Of a stretch of DNA of 64,000 nucleotides, positions 55,302 through 63,529 are shown one piece after another. This DNA comes from an uncultured Rubrivivax sp. (lineage in GTDB: Bacteria; Pseudomonadota; Gammaproteobacteria; Burkholderiales; Burkholderiaceae_C), in assembly GCA_964522465.1 (NCBI GenBank), contig CAZFVH010000003.1:32338-96337 (forward strand), read 5' to 3'. The position numbers and the translations under genes were made by a program. Position 1 is the stretch's first letter; every line of letters begins with the position of its first letter. The notes under the pieces were generated by a model, which was given only the letters and a program-made list of their open reading frames with translations, was not told the origin of the DNA and searched no databases.

Positions 55302-56006
55302 TCATCCGCCTTTCGAGGCCTCGTAACGCGCGCGGGTCTGTGCGTTCATCGGGTACAGGCCGGGCAGCGCCTCGCCACGGCCCACTTCGTCCATGATCCA
55401 GGCCTCCATGCGCTCCTGCTCGACCGCGGCGGCGGCGACGTCGCCCACCAGCGCCTGCGGGATCAGCACCGCGCCGTCGTCGTCGACGACGACCCAGTCG
55501 TCGGGGAACACGGCCACGCCGCCGCAGCCGATGGGCTGCTGCCAGGCCACGAAGGTCAGACCGGCCACCGAGGGCGGCGCGGCCACGCCGCTGCACCACA
55601 CCGGCAGCCCCGTGCCCAGCACCCCGGCGACGTCACGCACGACGCCGTCGGTGATGAGCGCGGCCACGCCCCGGTGCGCCATGCGGGCGCACAGGATGTC
55701 GCCGAAGATGCCCGCCTCCTGGCAGCCCATGGCGTCGACGACGGCGATGCAGCCCGCGGGCATGGCCTCGATCGCGGCCCGGGTGGAGATCGGCGCGCCC
55801 CAGGACTCGGGCGTGGCCAGGTCCTCGCGCGCCGGCACGAAGCGCAGCGTGAAGGCGCGCCCCACCAGCCGCGGCTGCCCCGGACGGATGGGCTTGGTGC
55901 CGCGCATCCAGACCTTGCGCAGGCCCTTCTTCAGCAGCACGGTGGTGAGCGTGGCGGTGGAGACCGTGCGCAGGGTCTCGACGAGGGTGCGGTCTTCGGG
56001 GGTCAT
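55302..56006 (-). CDS. RraA-family protein (RraA / 4-hydroxy-4-methyl-2-oxoglutarate aldolase family)
   Basis: TATLTTVLLKKG...AGIFGDILCARMAHRGVAALITDGVVRD matches the RraA fold motifs. 234 aa. Confidence 0.85.
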   Translation of the reverse strand: MTPEDRTLVETLRTVSTATLTTVLLKKGLRKVWMRGTKPIRPGQPRLVGRAFTLRFVPAREDLATPESWGAPISTRAAIEAMPAGCIAVVDAMGCQEAGIFGDILCARMAHRGVAALITDGVVRDVAGVLGTGLPVWCSGVAAPPSVAGLTFVAWQQPIGCGGVAVFPDDWVVVDDDGAVLIPQALVGDVAAAAVEQERMEAWIMDEVGRGEALPGLYPMNAQTRARYEASKGG

Positions 56007-56125
56007 GGCGGGTTCCGGGGTTTTCGGGGAGAGCTTTCGGGGAGGGGGCTTTCGCAGACGGCAGGGACCGGGAGCGTGGCCGTTCGCCCTGCGCGGCGTC
56101 GCATGCAGCGCAAGGCCTCAGCCTC

Positions 56126-57340
56126 TCAGCGCACGTCGACGGCGTGGAGCCGGACCGGCACCTGGTAGGGCCCGATCTCGGGATAGGGACAGTAGAGCAC
56201 CGGTCCGTCGACCTCGATGCGCCCGATCCTGCCGACCAGGGCCTCGAGCGCGACGCGCAGTTCGAGCCGGGCCAGGTGCGCCCCGGCGCAGAAGTGCGGG
56301 CCCCGGCCGAAGGCCAGGTGCTCCTGGATGTTCGGCCGGCCGAGCACGAAGCGGTCGGGGTCGTCGAACACGGCGCTGTCCCGGTTGGCGCTGGCGTAGG
56401 TCAGCGCCACCGCGGCCCCGGCGGGGACCTGCCGACCTCCGATCTCGCAGTCGTGGACAGCCGTCCGCGCAAAGCCCCGGTAAGGCGAATACAGCCGCAG
56501 GAACTCCTCGACCGCATCCGGCAGCAGCGCGGGCTCTTCGCGCAGCCGACGGTGCAGGTCGGGTTCACGGGCCAGATGCATCGCGATGCTGCCGAGCATG
56601 ACCATCGGCGCCACGATTCCCACCACCAGCACCTGGCGCACCGTGCCGACGATCATCTCCTCGGGCAGCGGCGTGGCCACGCCGGCAACGTCCACGCGCG
56701 CGGCCAGCAGCGCGCTGACCGGGTCGACATCGACCGGCAGCGGATGCGCCCGGCGCTGCTGGAGCAGCGAACGGGCCATGTCGTACAGCACGAGGCTGGT
56801 CGACTTCATGGCGTCGGCGTCGAAGGCCTGGACCGAGCGGATGAAGGCAGGCCCGGCGTCCATCAGTTGCGACGTCAGGGCCTCGTCCAGGTTCATCCAG
56901 CGCCCGAACACGCTCACGGGAAATCGCCCCGAGAACTCGGCGCACAGGTCCCCGCGCCCGCGCTCGAGCAGGGGACGCAACGCGTCATCGACCACCTCGC
57001 GAACCATCGGTTCGAGTGTGGCTACCCGCTGCGCGGACAGCAGCGGGTTCAGCGCCGCCCGGTAGGGCGTGTGCTCGGGCGGGTCCAGATGCAGCGGCGG
57101 CCTGCGACCGGTGTAGGCCACGCGGGGCACGACGTTCTGGACCGTCGTGGTGAACTCCGCCGGGCTGGCGGCCACGCGGGCGACATCGGCATGACGCGTC
57201 ACCGCATAGAAGCCCCCGAGCCCGGACGTCCGCGCCACGGGGCAGCGCGCGCGCAGATCGGCGTACAGCGCATGCGTGCGCTCGGCGGCTTCGCCCGGCT
57301 CGACGTGGAAGTCGTCGCTCGGCTGTGCGTGCGGGCTCAT
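56126..57340 (-). CDS. cytochrome P450
   Basis: Haem-thiolate loop FGRGPHFCAGAHLA, an ExxR (EEFLR) and I-helix-like VGIVAP. 404 aa. Confidence 0.9.
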   Translation of the reverse strand: MSPHAQPSDDFHVEPGEAAERTHALYADLRARCPVARTSGLGGFYAVTRHADVARVAASPAEFTTTVQNVVPRVAYTGRRPPLHLDPPEHTPYRAALNPLLSAQRVATLEPMVREVVDDALRPLLERGRGDLCAEFSGRFPVSVFGRWMNLDEALTSQLMDAGPAFIRSVQAFDADAMKSTSLVLYDMARSLLQQRRAHPLPVDVDPVSALLAARVDVAGVATPLPEEMIVGTVRQVLVVGIVAPMVMLGSIAMHLAREPDLHRRLREEPALLPDAVEEFLRLYSPYRGFARTAVHDCEIGGRQVPAGAAVALTYASANRDSAVFDDPDRFVLGRPNIQEHLAFGRGPHFCAGAHLARLELRVALEALVGRIGRIEVDGPVLYCPYPEIGPYQVPVRLHAVDVR

Positions 57341-57364
57341 CGGGACCTCACGGCGGCGCGGGTA

Positions 57365-58339
57365 TCAGGACTCGGCCGAGAAACCGATGCGTCGCACCCA
57401 GACCTGCCATTCCTCGCTGTCGGCCCGGATCATCCCGGCGAGTTCCTGGGGCGTCGACACCGCGATGTCCAGGCCCAGGCGGGCGGCGGTCTCGAGCGTG
57501 TCCTTGTGCTGCAGGGCCTCCTTCAACTGGGTGGCGGCATGGGCCACGGCCTCGGCGCTGGCCTTGCCGGGCAAGAACATCCCGAACCACTCGCGCCCGA
57601 CGATGGGCAGGCCCTGTTCACGATAGGTCGGCACCTGGGGAAGCTGCGGGCTGCGCGCCGAGCCCGTGACCGCCAGGACCCGGGCCCCGCCCTGCTGCAC
57701 GTGCGGCACCACCGCACCGATGGGCGAGGACATGGCCGCGATGTGCCCTCCGCGCAGGTCCTGCAGCCCGGGCACCGAGCCCTTGTACGGGACGTGCCTG
57801 AGCGGGGCGCCGAACTGGTTGGCCGCCGCGGCCACGATCAGGTGCGGCACCGAGCCCGGGGCGGGCGAGCCGTAGCTTGCCTTGTCGGGGTTGGCGCGCG
57901 CCCATCCCATGAAGTCCTCGAGCGTGCGCACCGATTCCGGGACGGCCGGGCCAACGGCGAGCGCGAAGTTGGTGAAGGCCATCAGCGACACCGGCTTGAA
58001 GTCACGCTCCGGGTCGTAGGGCAGTTTGCGGTAGGTGTGCGGATACAGCGAGAAGAAGGTCGAGGGCGTCATCAGCAGGGTGGAGCCGTCGGGTGCCGCC
58101 TCGCGCGTGGCCATCAGGGCGATCTGCCCGCCCGCCCCGGGCTTGTTCTCGACGATCACGTTGGCGGCATAGCCGCCCTTCATGCGCTCGGCCAGCCGCC
58201 GCAGCAAGGAGTCCCCCGCGCCGCCGGCTGGCGCGCCGATGAGCAGCCGAGCCATGGGCAGACTCTGGGCCCAGGCGTGGTGGTGGAAAGCGGCGGCGGC
58301 GCCCATCCCCAGGGCGATGCACTGACGACGATCGATCAT
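57365..58339 (-). CDS. Bug-family (TctC-like) periplasmic solute receptor
   Basis: Signal/Tat-like N-terminus, then VIVENKPGAGGQIA and the PYKGSVP motif. GGAGA SD. Confidence 0.9.
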   Translation of the reverse strand: MIDRRQCIALGMGAAAAFHHHAWAQSLPMARLLIGAPAGGAGDSLLRRLAERMKGGYAANVIVENKPGAGGQIALMATREAAPDGSTLLMTPSTFFSLYPHTYRKLPYDPERDFKPVSLMAFTNFALAVGPAVPESVRTLEDFMGWARANPDKASYGSPAPGSVPHLIVAAAANQFGAPLRHVPYKGSVPGLQDLRGGHIAAMSSPIGAVVPHVQQGGARVLAVTGSARSPQLPQVPTYREQGLPIVGREWFGMFLPGKASAEAVAHAATQLKEALQHKDTLETAARLGLDIAVSTPQELAGMIRADSEEWQVWVRRIGFSAES

Positions 58340-58436
58340 GGACCTGTCTCCGGTCGGTGAATGTGGTTCTGGCCGCCCGGACGCGGCGCCGGGCAGAGGT
58401 GGACTCTATGCCAAAGCCGGACCGACAAGGCGTCTG

Positions 58437-58856
58437 TCACTCGCGCTGCACGTTCACGATCGTGGCCTGCATCAGCGCGACTTGCTTGGCGGTGGCGCCG
58501 GTCCAGGCCTGGACCTCGCCGGTGCACACCGTCAGCAGGCGGCCGGCGCTGACCACGCGGCCGATCGCCACGAAGCGATCGCCCAGGGCCGGGCGCATCA
58601 GATTGATCTTGAACTCGGCCGTCACGACCTCGAAACCCTCGGGCGCGCGCGTCAGCGCGGCGTAGCCGCAGGCGCTGTCGACGATGCTCGTGACCGCGCC
58701 GGCGTGCAGGTAGCCGAGCTGCTGCGACAGGTGCATCGAGAAAGGCATCTCGACGCGCACCTCGCCGTCGACGGCGGCGATCAGGCGCGCGCCCAGCGTC
58801 TTCATCAGGCCTTGCGCGTCAAAACTGGCGGCCACTCGGGCGAGGATGGGGTCCAT
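58437..58856 (-). CDS. PaaI-family hotdog thioesterase
   Basis: GYLHAGAVTSIVDSACGYA hotdog motif. Start at the internal ATG 58856. Confidence 0.8.
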   Translation of the reverse strand: MDPILARVAASFDAQGLMKTLGARLIAAVDGEVRVEMPFSMHLSQQLGYLHAGAVTSIVDSACGYAALTRAPEGFEVVTAEFKINLMRPALGDRFVAIGRVVSAGRLLTVCTGEVQAWTGATAKQVALMQATIVNVQRE

Positions 58857-58936
58857 GGGGATGGGCGGGCATGAAAGGGCAGGGCTGGCGAGCGTAGCGG
58901 AGTCCGGGGACCTTTCCCGCGCGGGCCGACGCCGGC

Positions 58937-59167
58937 TCATCCCCGCTCACGCGGGGACCACGGGCGCCGGCTGTCCAGCCCGGGCATGATGCAGGCCACG
59001 CCGCCCACCGGGATGTGCGTACGCACACCGGTGGCGTCCACCACCACGAAGGCTCCGTCCAACATGTCGATCTCGCCGCGCTCGGCGAACACGACGCTGA
59101 TGCGTTCCTTCAGGGGCAGGGGCTTGAGCGCGGGCAACAGACCTGAAGCCGTGTCTGCCGCTGTCAT
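58937..59167 (-). pseudogene. cas1: cas1 (type I-E) N-terminal fragment, truncated after about 61 codons
   Basis: LPLKERISVVFAERGEIDMLDGAFVVVDATGVRTHIPVGGVACIM aligns almost residue for residue with E. coli Cas1 IPLKDRVSMIFLQYGQIDVIDGAFVLIDKTGIRTHIPVGSVACIM. Similarity is lost after IMPG, and a stop follows 14 codons later. Confidence 0.75.
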
Positions 59168-59658
59168 TCACCGATGTCGGCGAGCAGGCGCTCGACGAGA
59201 GCAGGCGCAAGGTAGTAGCCGCTCGCCATCAGAGCCGTGGTCAGGGGCCGTATGCGTGAAACCAATCCGGCATCACGCGCCCTGACCAGCAGGCCCAGCG
59301 TGCCCAGCACCGGCAAGCCGAGCGCTGACGCAGCCGCACGCCCACGGCGCTCATCCAGCAGCACCGTGGCACCGCGCGCGCTGGCCAGTACGATCGCAGA
59401 CAACTCGCCTGCATCCAGCACCGGCAACGGATATCCCGCAGGCCAACTCGGCGGGCCGTCCACCAGTTGCAGGCTGTTTCCGTGGAGTGCGGCCTGCAGT
59501 CGCAATTGCTCCATCGGGCGCGGTTCGCGCATCACCTCCTGCCAGACGGTGCCCGTGACCAGCACCTCAGCAAACAGCCGTGCGGGCAGCGCCAGCAAGT
59601 CCAGTCGCGCCAGTGCGATCAGCGGCCCGCTATCGGCCACCAGCAAGGGTACGGACAT
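59164..59658 (-). CDS. PIN-like (DUF3368-type) putative toxin
   Basis: VADSGPLIALARLDLLALPARLF...VLDAGELSAIVLA...LLDERRGR fits the DUF3368/PIN pattern. The stop overlaps the cas1-fragment ATG (ATGA). The start is uncertain (ATG 59658 or a downstream GTG). Confidence 0.7.
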   Translation of the reverse strand: MSVPLLVADSGPLIALARLDLLALPARLFAEVLVTGTVWQEVMREPRPMEQLRLQAALHGNSLQLVDGPPSWPAGYPLPVLDAGELSAIVLASARGATVLLDERRGRAAASALGLPVLGTLGLLVRARDAGLVSRIRPLTTALMASGYYLAPALVERLLADIGE

Positions 59659-59971
59659 AGGCCAGCTCGCGTTCCAGGTCGTCCACGTCGTAGCGCACGA
59701 CCGGAATACGACGACGGCCCAGCTCATCGACCATGCGGCTGTAGGACAGGCCTGCCACCTTGCTGGCCAGGCCCAGGCTCAGCAGATCGCGCTCGTAGAG
59801 CGAGACAGCCAGTTCCAACCGTTCGGGCATGTTCCCAGACAAAGGTCCCAGCGGCAGGGCCAGCATCATCGGCTCGCCGTCGACGGTGACCAAGGCGGAT
59901 TCGCCGCGTTTCGCGTCGTCCAGGACCACCTGAGGCTGGCGCCTGAGTTCGTCGTCGGACAGGGTATGCAT
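59630..59971 (-). CDS. UPF0175-family putative antitoxin
   Basis: The C-terminal LGLASKVAGLSYSRMVDELGRRRIPVVRYDVDDLEREL is the UPF0175 HTH-like block. The N-terminal part (VVLDDAKRGESALVTVDGEPMMLALPL) resembles Phd/YefM-type strands. Confidence 0.7.
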   Translation of the reverse strand: MHTLSDDELRRQPQVVLDDAKRGESALVTVDGEPMMLALPLGPLSGNMPERLELAVSLYERDLLSLGLASKVAGLSYSRMVDELGRRRIPVVRYDVDDLERELAYVRTLAGGR

Positions 59972-60002
59972 GGCTCGCTCCCGATGGTTCGCCGCGGACA
60001 GC

Positions 60003-60329
60003 TTATCCGATGGGGCGTATCAGCAAGAGGCCGCAGCCAAAGGCCTTGGCGTGCCCCACGCCCGCTACCAGCGCCGGGCGAAGTGCGGCCGGGTTTTGCA
60101 CATGCAGTTGTCCGCTGAAGTCCGGGCTGGAAAAGCGCAGGATGCCATGCTTGCCGCGGTGTTGCTCGTAGCCGACCACGCGCAGTGTCGCGTCGTCCAC
60201 CTGCACGCCGAAAGCTTCGCTGCGCTGGTGCAACCAGGCGGCGCCGCAACGCTGCACCAGCTCCTGCAGCGCCGGGCGGTCAGGCCGATGGCCTTGGCCC
60301 GCAGTCGGCGCGGCCAGACGTGGCACCAT
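60003..60329 (-). pseudogene. cas6e: cas6e (casE/cse3) C-terminal fragment
   Basis: ...AAWLHQRSEAFGVQVDD...FSGQLHVQNPAALRPALVAGVGHAKAFGCGLLLIRPIG matches the E. coli Cas6e end ...IAWLQRKLGNAARVED...FEGVLTINDAPALIDLVQQGIGPAKSMGCGLLSLAPL. In-frame stops lie just upstream, and the N-terminal half is absent. Confidence 0.7.
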
Positions 60330-60338
60330 CGCCCGACG

Positions 60339-60923
60339 ATGTCCTCCCCGTCCTCACCGTCCTCACCATCCATCTCCCCCGCCCCGCCGGCCCGCGCCGC
60401 CGGCGGAAACATCCCCGCCGACCTCATCGGCGAACTGCGCAGCGATCACGCCGGCGAGACCGGCGCCGTCATGATCTACCGCGGCGTGCTCGCGCTGTCG
60501 CGGGATGCGGCGCTGCGCGACTTCGCGATGCGACACATGGCCACCGAGCAGCGCCACCTCGCGTTGATCGAGGACTGGCTGCCGCGCGCGCAGCGCAGTC
60601 GCCTGCTCGGGCCGTGGCGACTGGCAGGCTGGCTGACCGGCGCACTGCCGGCGCTGTGCGGCCCGCGCGCCGTGTACGCGACGATCGCTGCGGTGGAGAC
60701 CTTCGTCGACCGCCACTACCAGCAGCAGATCGACCGCCTGGCCGGCCGCGCGGCCCACGCCGACCTTCACCAGGTGCTCATCGCCTGCCAGGCCGACGAA
60801 TGCCACCACCGGGACGAAGCGGCCGCCCTGACCGGCCCGCCGCCGGGCTGGCTGCTGCGGGCCTGGTGCGCGCTTGTGGGCACCGGGTCGGCTGCGGCCG
60901 TGGTGCTGGCGCGCCGGGTGTGA
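60339..60923 (+). CDS. coq7: demethoxyubiquinone hydroxylase (COQ7 family di-iron protein)
   Basis: LRSDHAGETGAVMIYRG...MATEQRHL...DECHHRD are di-iron carboxylate motifs. The N-terminal SSPSSPSSPS comes from a 9-bp tandem repeat. Confidence 0.8.
   Translation: MSSPSSPSSPSISPAPPARAAGGNIPADLIGELRSDHAGETGAVMIYRGVLALSRDAALRDFAMRHMATEQRHLALIEDWLPRAQRSRLLGPWRLAGWLTGALPALCGPRAVYATIAAVETFVDRHYQQQIDRLAGRAAHADLHQVLIACQADECHHRDEAAALTGPPPGWLLRAWCALVGTGSAAAVVLARRV
60342..60368 (+). repeat. 9-bp in-frame tandem repeat, three copies (TCCTCMCCR), at the 5-prime end of coq7
   Basis: TCCTCCCCG TCCTCACCG TCCTCACCA encodes SSP three times. Confidence 0.8.
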
Positions 60924-61110
60924 GGGCGTGACCGGGCGCGGCTTGCGCTCGGGTCGGCTCTTGAGAAACCGCAACACAGGTCCTGGTCTTTCAGCGAGGG
61001 CCTTGCGCCGACCGCAGGGCTTCGACAGGCCTGTCCTGAGCGCAGTCGAAGGGCTCAGCCTGAACGGCCCGTGCGCAAACACCGCTGGCCGAACGGGACA
61101 CGGGAGGCGC

Positions 61111-62271
61111 TCAAGCGCGCGCAAGCCCCTGGACCGCCTGGTGGAAGACCGGTAGCGCCTGCGCCACGACCTGGGCGCGCCAGTCGTCGGCGTCGACATA
61201 GAACGCGTCGCGGATCTGGCGGCCGATCTCGTGCCGCTGCCCAGGCGCGGCCTCGGGGTGCCGGTGCAGCCAATGGTCGGCGCGCAGGGCCTGCATGACG
61301 GCCTCGAACGGCAGGGTGCCGTACTCCAGCGCCACACCGGTGAACGTGGCCTGGGGCCACAGCCGCGCGAGCGCCGGGGCCATCAGCCCCGTCAGCGGCG
61401 CTGAGACCGAACTGCCGTCGTCGGTGGAGGTGACGGGCACCGCGCCGCCCTGGCCCCACCAGGCGCGGGCGAGATCGAGGCCCGCCTTCCCGGGCGGGCC
61501 GCAGTAGATCCGCTCGGCCACGCCGCTGGGCCCCAGGCCGGTGTGCAGGTCGACCCAGGCGATGTGCTGCGCCTGGGGCATCTGCGCCGGCAGCACCTCC
61601 TCCAGCGTCCGACGGCTCCAGGTCGGCCCGTGGCCGCCGAAGAACAGGCCGTCCGGGTGGCTGTGCTGGCCCTGCGAGACCGCCGCCTGGAAGGCGCGCA
61701 GGCCATGGTGGGCGATGTACGCCGTCAGCGCCTGGGCGTTGTCGCCCGACGGCGGCCAGGCCTCGGGCAGCAGCAAGGCATGCAGATCGCGGTAGCCGGC
61801 GTTGTCGGGCAGCGGCAGCGCGAAGTCGGCGAAGTTGCGGTTCAGGTCGACGTTCTCCTGCGTGACGCGCCGCAGGTGGGAAAAGCCGTGGGGGTTCAGC
61901 GCATGCAACATCAGCACCGACACGTCGGCGGCCTGCGCGTCGGCCTGCAGGGCACCGGCACGCAGCGCGGCGACCTGGATGCCCGATCCGCAGAAGCCCT
62001 CCACGCCGTGACAGCCGCTGCTGACGACGAGCCAGCGCGCCGCGTCGGTGCGGCCCAGCCGCGCCACGTCCAACGCCAAGGTCTCCGCCTGCCGGCCGGG
62101 CAGCGGCAGCACGCAGGCCTGCAGCGCGGCGCCCGCCTCGCGCGCGGCCTCGACGAAGCGTGCCCGGGCGCCGGCGTAGTCGGGGGCGAAGCAGGCGTTC
62201 AGGTCAGGGCCGCTCAGGGGCGGGGGAGGCATCAGGCCAGGGATCATGGACATCGTGGACGTCGTGGACAT
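61111..62271 (-). CDS. DUF2817-family protein (M14 carboxypeptidase-like fold)
   Basis: SSGCHGVEGFCGSG...LHALNPHGFSHLRRVTQENVDLNRNF is the block I associate with DUF2817. Start at the ATG 62271. Confidence 0.75.
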   Translation of the reverse strand: MSTTSTMSMIPGLMPPPPLSGPDLNACFAPDYAGARARFVEAAREAGAALQACVLPLPGRQAETLALDVARLGRTDAARWLVVSSGCHGVEGFCGSGIQVAALRAGALQADAQAADVSVLMLHALNPHGFSHLRRVTQENVDLNRNFADFALPLPDNAGYRDLHALLLPEAWPPSGDNAQALTAYIAHHGLRAFQAAVSQGQHSHPDGLFFGGHGPTWSRRTLEEVLPAQMPQAQHIAWVDLHTGLGPSGVAERIYCGPPGKAGLDLARAWWGQGGAVPVTSTDDGSSVSAPLTGLMAPALARLWPQATFTGVALEYGTLPFEAVMQALRADHWLHRHPEAAPGQRHEIGRQIRDAFYVDADDWRAQVVAQALPVFHQAVQGLARA

Positions 62272-62281
62272 GGTGGACGCT
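62246..62281. repeat. 9-bp imperfect tandem repeat, four copies (RTGGACRTN), at the 5-prime end of the DUF2817 gene
   Basis: ATGGACATC GTGGACGTC GTGGACATG GTGGACGCT on the plus strand. It encodes the S/T/M-rich N-terminus MSTTSTMSM on the minus strand and creates three alternative ATGs. Confidence 0.75.
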
Positions 62282-62430
62282 CCGGGTGATGGGGGTCGGG
62301 CTCGTCGAGCGGTCAGGACTTCTCGGGCCAAGGCGCCCGGGCGCGCGACCGTCGCACGGGCGATGGCGAAGGCTTCGCGACGACGAGGCGGCGTGTCGTG
62401 GCATGCGGGGCGAGCATGGGTGACGGATCC

Positions 62431-63471
62431 TCAGCGCGCGACGGCCCCGACCGCCGCCCGCTCCGCCTCGATCAACTCGGCCAGGCGGCGCCGGTAGCGC
62501 AGCGGCCCGGCGTCGATGCCCAGGTCGAGGTGGGGCGTGGTCTTTTCGGCCATGCCGCGGTGCACGGCCTGGAGCACGGCGCGGTCCTCCTCGAAGGCGC
62601 CGCGCACCGAACTCGCAAAGATCTGCGAGACCTGCTCGTCGCCGGGTGCGAAGTTGCGCATCTGGAACCAGAAGTAGCGCGTGGTGTCGGCGTCCACCGG
62701 GGTGATGAAGTTGTAGCTGTCCATGATGAAGGCGTCCGGGTGCAGCGGCACCGCGTCGTCGCCGGTGCCCGCGGGCACGAAGACCGCGCGGATGAAGGCG
62801 TGGCCGGGGAAGCGCACTTCGTAGTGCTGCTTGCGGTCGCAACGCCCGGAGAACTTCAGGAACTGGCCGTAGAAGGGCGCCGGCTCGACGTCGCGCATCC
62901 AGCGCGCGACGGTGACACCCTCGTCGGCCACGGTGGTCTGCAGCGGCGTGTCCTCGCAGGCGACGTTGGCGAAGGAGCCCGGGTGCACCCAGGCCACATG
63001 GCTCGGGTCGAGCAGGTTGTCGGTCATGTAGAGGTAGTGACAGGCGATGTCCATGCCGTCGCCCTGGTTCAGGCCCCAGGCGGGGTCACCCCAGTGCAGC
63101 ACCTGCAGGATGCGCGACGGGTCGGCGCGCGCCGGGTCACCCATCCACACCCACAGCAGCCCGTAGCGCGACACCACCGGGTAGGACCGCACCCGTGCGG
63201 CCGGCGGGATGCGCTGCGTGCCGGGCGCGCGCACGCAGGCGCCGGCGGCGTCGAAGGTCATGCCGTGGTAGCCGCACTCGACGTGATCGCCCCTCAAGCG
63301 TCCCATCGACAGCGGCAGCTTGCGATGCGGGCAGGCGTCCTCGAGCGCCGCCACCTGCCCGTCGGCGGTGCGGAACAACACGAGCTTCTCGCCCAGCAGC
63401 CGGATCGGGTGCAGTCCGGCTCCGATCTCACGATCCCAGGCGGCGACGTACCAGGCATTGCGCAGGAACAT
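62431..63471 (-). CDS. Rieske (2Fe-2S) non-haem-iron oxygenase, VanA-like
   Basis: MFLRNAWYVAAW start, Rieske motif CPHRKLPLSMG...CGYHG, and the catalytic domain with DNLLDPSHVAWVH. GGAGA SD. Confidence 0.85.
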   Translation of the reverse strand: MFLRNAWYVAAWDREIGAGLHPIRLLGEKLVLFRTADGQVAALEDACPHRKLPLSMGRLRGDHVECGYHGMTFDAAGACVRAPGTQRIPPAARVRSYPVVSRYGLLWVWMGDPARADPSRILQVLHWGDPAWGLNQGDGMDIACHYLYMTDNLLDPSHVAWVHPGSFANVACEDTPLQTTVADEGVTVARWMRDVEPAPFYGQFLKFSGRCDRKQHYEVRFPGHAFIRAVFVPAGTGDDAVPLHPDAFIMDSYNFITPVDADTTRYFWFQMRNFAPGDEQVSQIFASSVRGAFEEDRAVLQAVHRGMAEKTTPHLDLGIDAGPLRYRRRLAELIEAERAAVGAVAR

Positions 63472-63529
63472 GGGGTCTCCATTCAGCCCGGATCCGGCCC
63501 TTGGACGCGCCCAACGGCCGGATCCGGGT

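Noticed and set aside
58340-60002. Search for a CRISPR repeat-spacer array downstream of the cas1 fragment, and across the whole window
   Set aside because: I found no regularly spaced 28-37 nt direct repeats. The region after the cas1 fragment is occupied by a thioesterase gene.
61017-61068. REP/BIME-like intergenic element (GGGCTTCGACAGGCCTGTCCTGAGCGCAGTCGAAGGGCTCAGCCTGAACGG) between coq7 and the DUF2817 gene
   Set aside because: It resembles the widespread GC-rich palindromic elements that translate as ...FDRLRANG-like strings. Only one copy is present here and the stem is just 7 bp, so I cannot call it a repeat family from this window alone.
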